64,000 bases of DNA from Gracilinanus agilis (taxonomy: Eukaryota), in NCBI RefSeq assembly GCF_016433145.1, contig NC_058133.1:333419959-333483958 (forward strand). Reading direction: 5' to 3'. Positions 62,641 through 64,000 of the stretch are shown in pieces; positions within the stretch are counted from its first letter, which is position 1, and each line of letters opens with the position of its first letter. The notes beneath the pieces were generated by a model. It was not told the DNA's origin. It saw only the letters and a program-made list of their open reading frames with translations, and made no database searches. A program made the position numbers and the translations under genes.

Positions 62641-63709
62641 TGATGAATAATATTCACCTACCTCCTGAAGGAAAAAAAAAAGGACTTTAAAAAAGGAAGT
62701 TTTTTCTTTCCTGTCCTGGAGAAGAAAAGTTTATAACCTCTCCAGCCCTTTCCTCCATGAGTCAGCTGAAAGTACAGGTCAGCTTTGTCCAGTTTGCAAT
62801 CTTGTTGCCAACCAATTGCAGACCATTCTCCCAATTCATTAATTATACCATGAGCAATAAAGTGCATTGGATGATTTTTTTTTCAGTTTCTGAGATGTGC
62901 CTAATATTTTAAAAAGGTTTTTATGCACATTAACAAATTAAGAAATCGGCTGCTTAAAGAAAAGCCCTTCCAAATAGTGGGAAATTTATTCATTTTAGCT
63001 GCATTATTTTCTTGGATGCATGGATGATATGCAGCTTCTTTGTTCTGATGTTGTAGTCACCAGTATTCCACTTGGGATAAGTTTTAAGGATTCAGCTAAG
63101 GGAAAGTTTAAAGAAACAACTTAGAATCTCATGGGGGAAGGTATACAGCTATGAATACATAGGCAGAAAGGCATTTTTAGAAATATGCTGAGGGGGAAAA
63201 AGCCCTTCAGCAATACACACTGAATTTTCTGAAAATCCAAGCAAAATGCAAACACTTGGAGAGAGTACAGGCTTCAGAAAGATTGTGGGTGGGTTTCAGT
63301 TTCCATTTATTTTTTCTCAATCTCTTCTTCTAAGAGTACTGGGGAAGAAATTGTGCTCTAACTCTGGAAAATCCATTCCTACTTTATGATTCAGCACTGA
63401 TTTTGTAGGCTATAATAAGACACTTGGTCTAGTGGGGAGAACTAAAGAACTAGACGTCATAATTAAATTCTTTCTAGATTTGTCTCAGTTTTGTGACATC
63501 ATCTTGTGACAATTCATTGAATTACTCTCTACCTGCATTACTTGTTTCCTCTAAAAGGAGAATTGGCTTTAGCAACAGCAAAGACCAGCTTCTACTTTAT
63601 AATCTACTAGGTCCTGGTCCTGATGATGATGATGATAACTAGCATTATATTGTACTTTATGGTTTGCAAAGTGCCTAATAATTATCTCATTTTATCCTCA
63701 CAACAATCC

Positions 63710-63962
63710 TTGGGATGTTGTTGTTCAATCATTTTCAGTTGTGTCTGACTCTTCATGGCCCTGTTTGGGTTTGTTTTTTTTTTGGACAAAGTTACTACAG
63801 TGGTTTGCCATTTCTTTCTCCAGTCCATTTTACAAATGAGGAAACTGAGGCTTTCCCAGAGTCATACAGCCAGTATGTGTCTGAGACTAGATTTGAATTC
63901 ACAAAGATGAGTCTTCCTGAATCCTACCATAGCCTTTTATCCACTTCGCCATCTAGCTGCCA
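63710..63962 (-). mobile_element. Mar1-type SINE (with adjacent MIR)
   Basis: GTGGTTTGCCATTTCTTTCTCCAG..GAGGAAACTGAGGC..CATCTAGCTGCC. Confidence 0.85.
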
Positions 63963-64000
63963 CAGATGTGGGAAAGGAATTATTATTATCTCCATTTTGG

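Noticed and set aside
1-64000. CRISPR arrays, rRNA genes, prokaryotic operons, CpG island
   Set aside because: No regularly spaced repeat-spacer units, no rRNA similarity; eukaryotic repeat-rich, CpG-poor DNA throughout

Overview
This is AT-rich, CpG-depleted mammalian genomic DNA. The repeat set (Mar1/SINE1_Mdo-type CORE-SINEs, opossum-type L1 3' ends, MAR2/RTE, 7SL copies, hAT MITEs) points to a didelphid marsupial, Monodelphis-like; this is an inference. Most of the window is transposable-element debris, probably intronic or intergenic. I could not identify a host gene and found only weak orphan exon candidates. Nearly all short ORFs in the track are noise. The main exception is a decayed endogenous retrovirus-like element at about 51.7-55.3 kb. 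It has a 5' LTR, a tRNA-Arg-like PBS, and one reconstructable ~820-codon gag ORF with no pro, pol or env. The ORF contains a p30-type capsid with MHR, a CCHC knuckle in Asn-rich flanks, and a C-terminal extension with a near-canonical PAM2 (PABP-binding) motif right after a UAG. Other notable items are an R4/Dong-clade LINE fossil (about 1.0-2.5 kb), an inverted mosaic templated insertion (21.4-21.6 kb), a tailless L1 with an 18-bp TSD, an old ~2.07-kb-offset duplication, three sister hAT MITEs, and a 400-N gap that lies inside one SINE tail. Family names come from recalled consensus features, not database searches, and repeat boundaries without TSDs are approximate.
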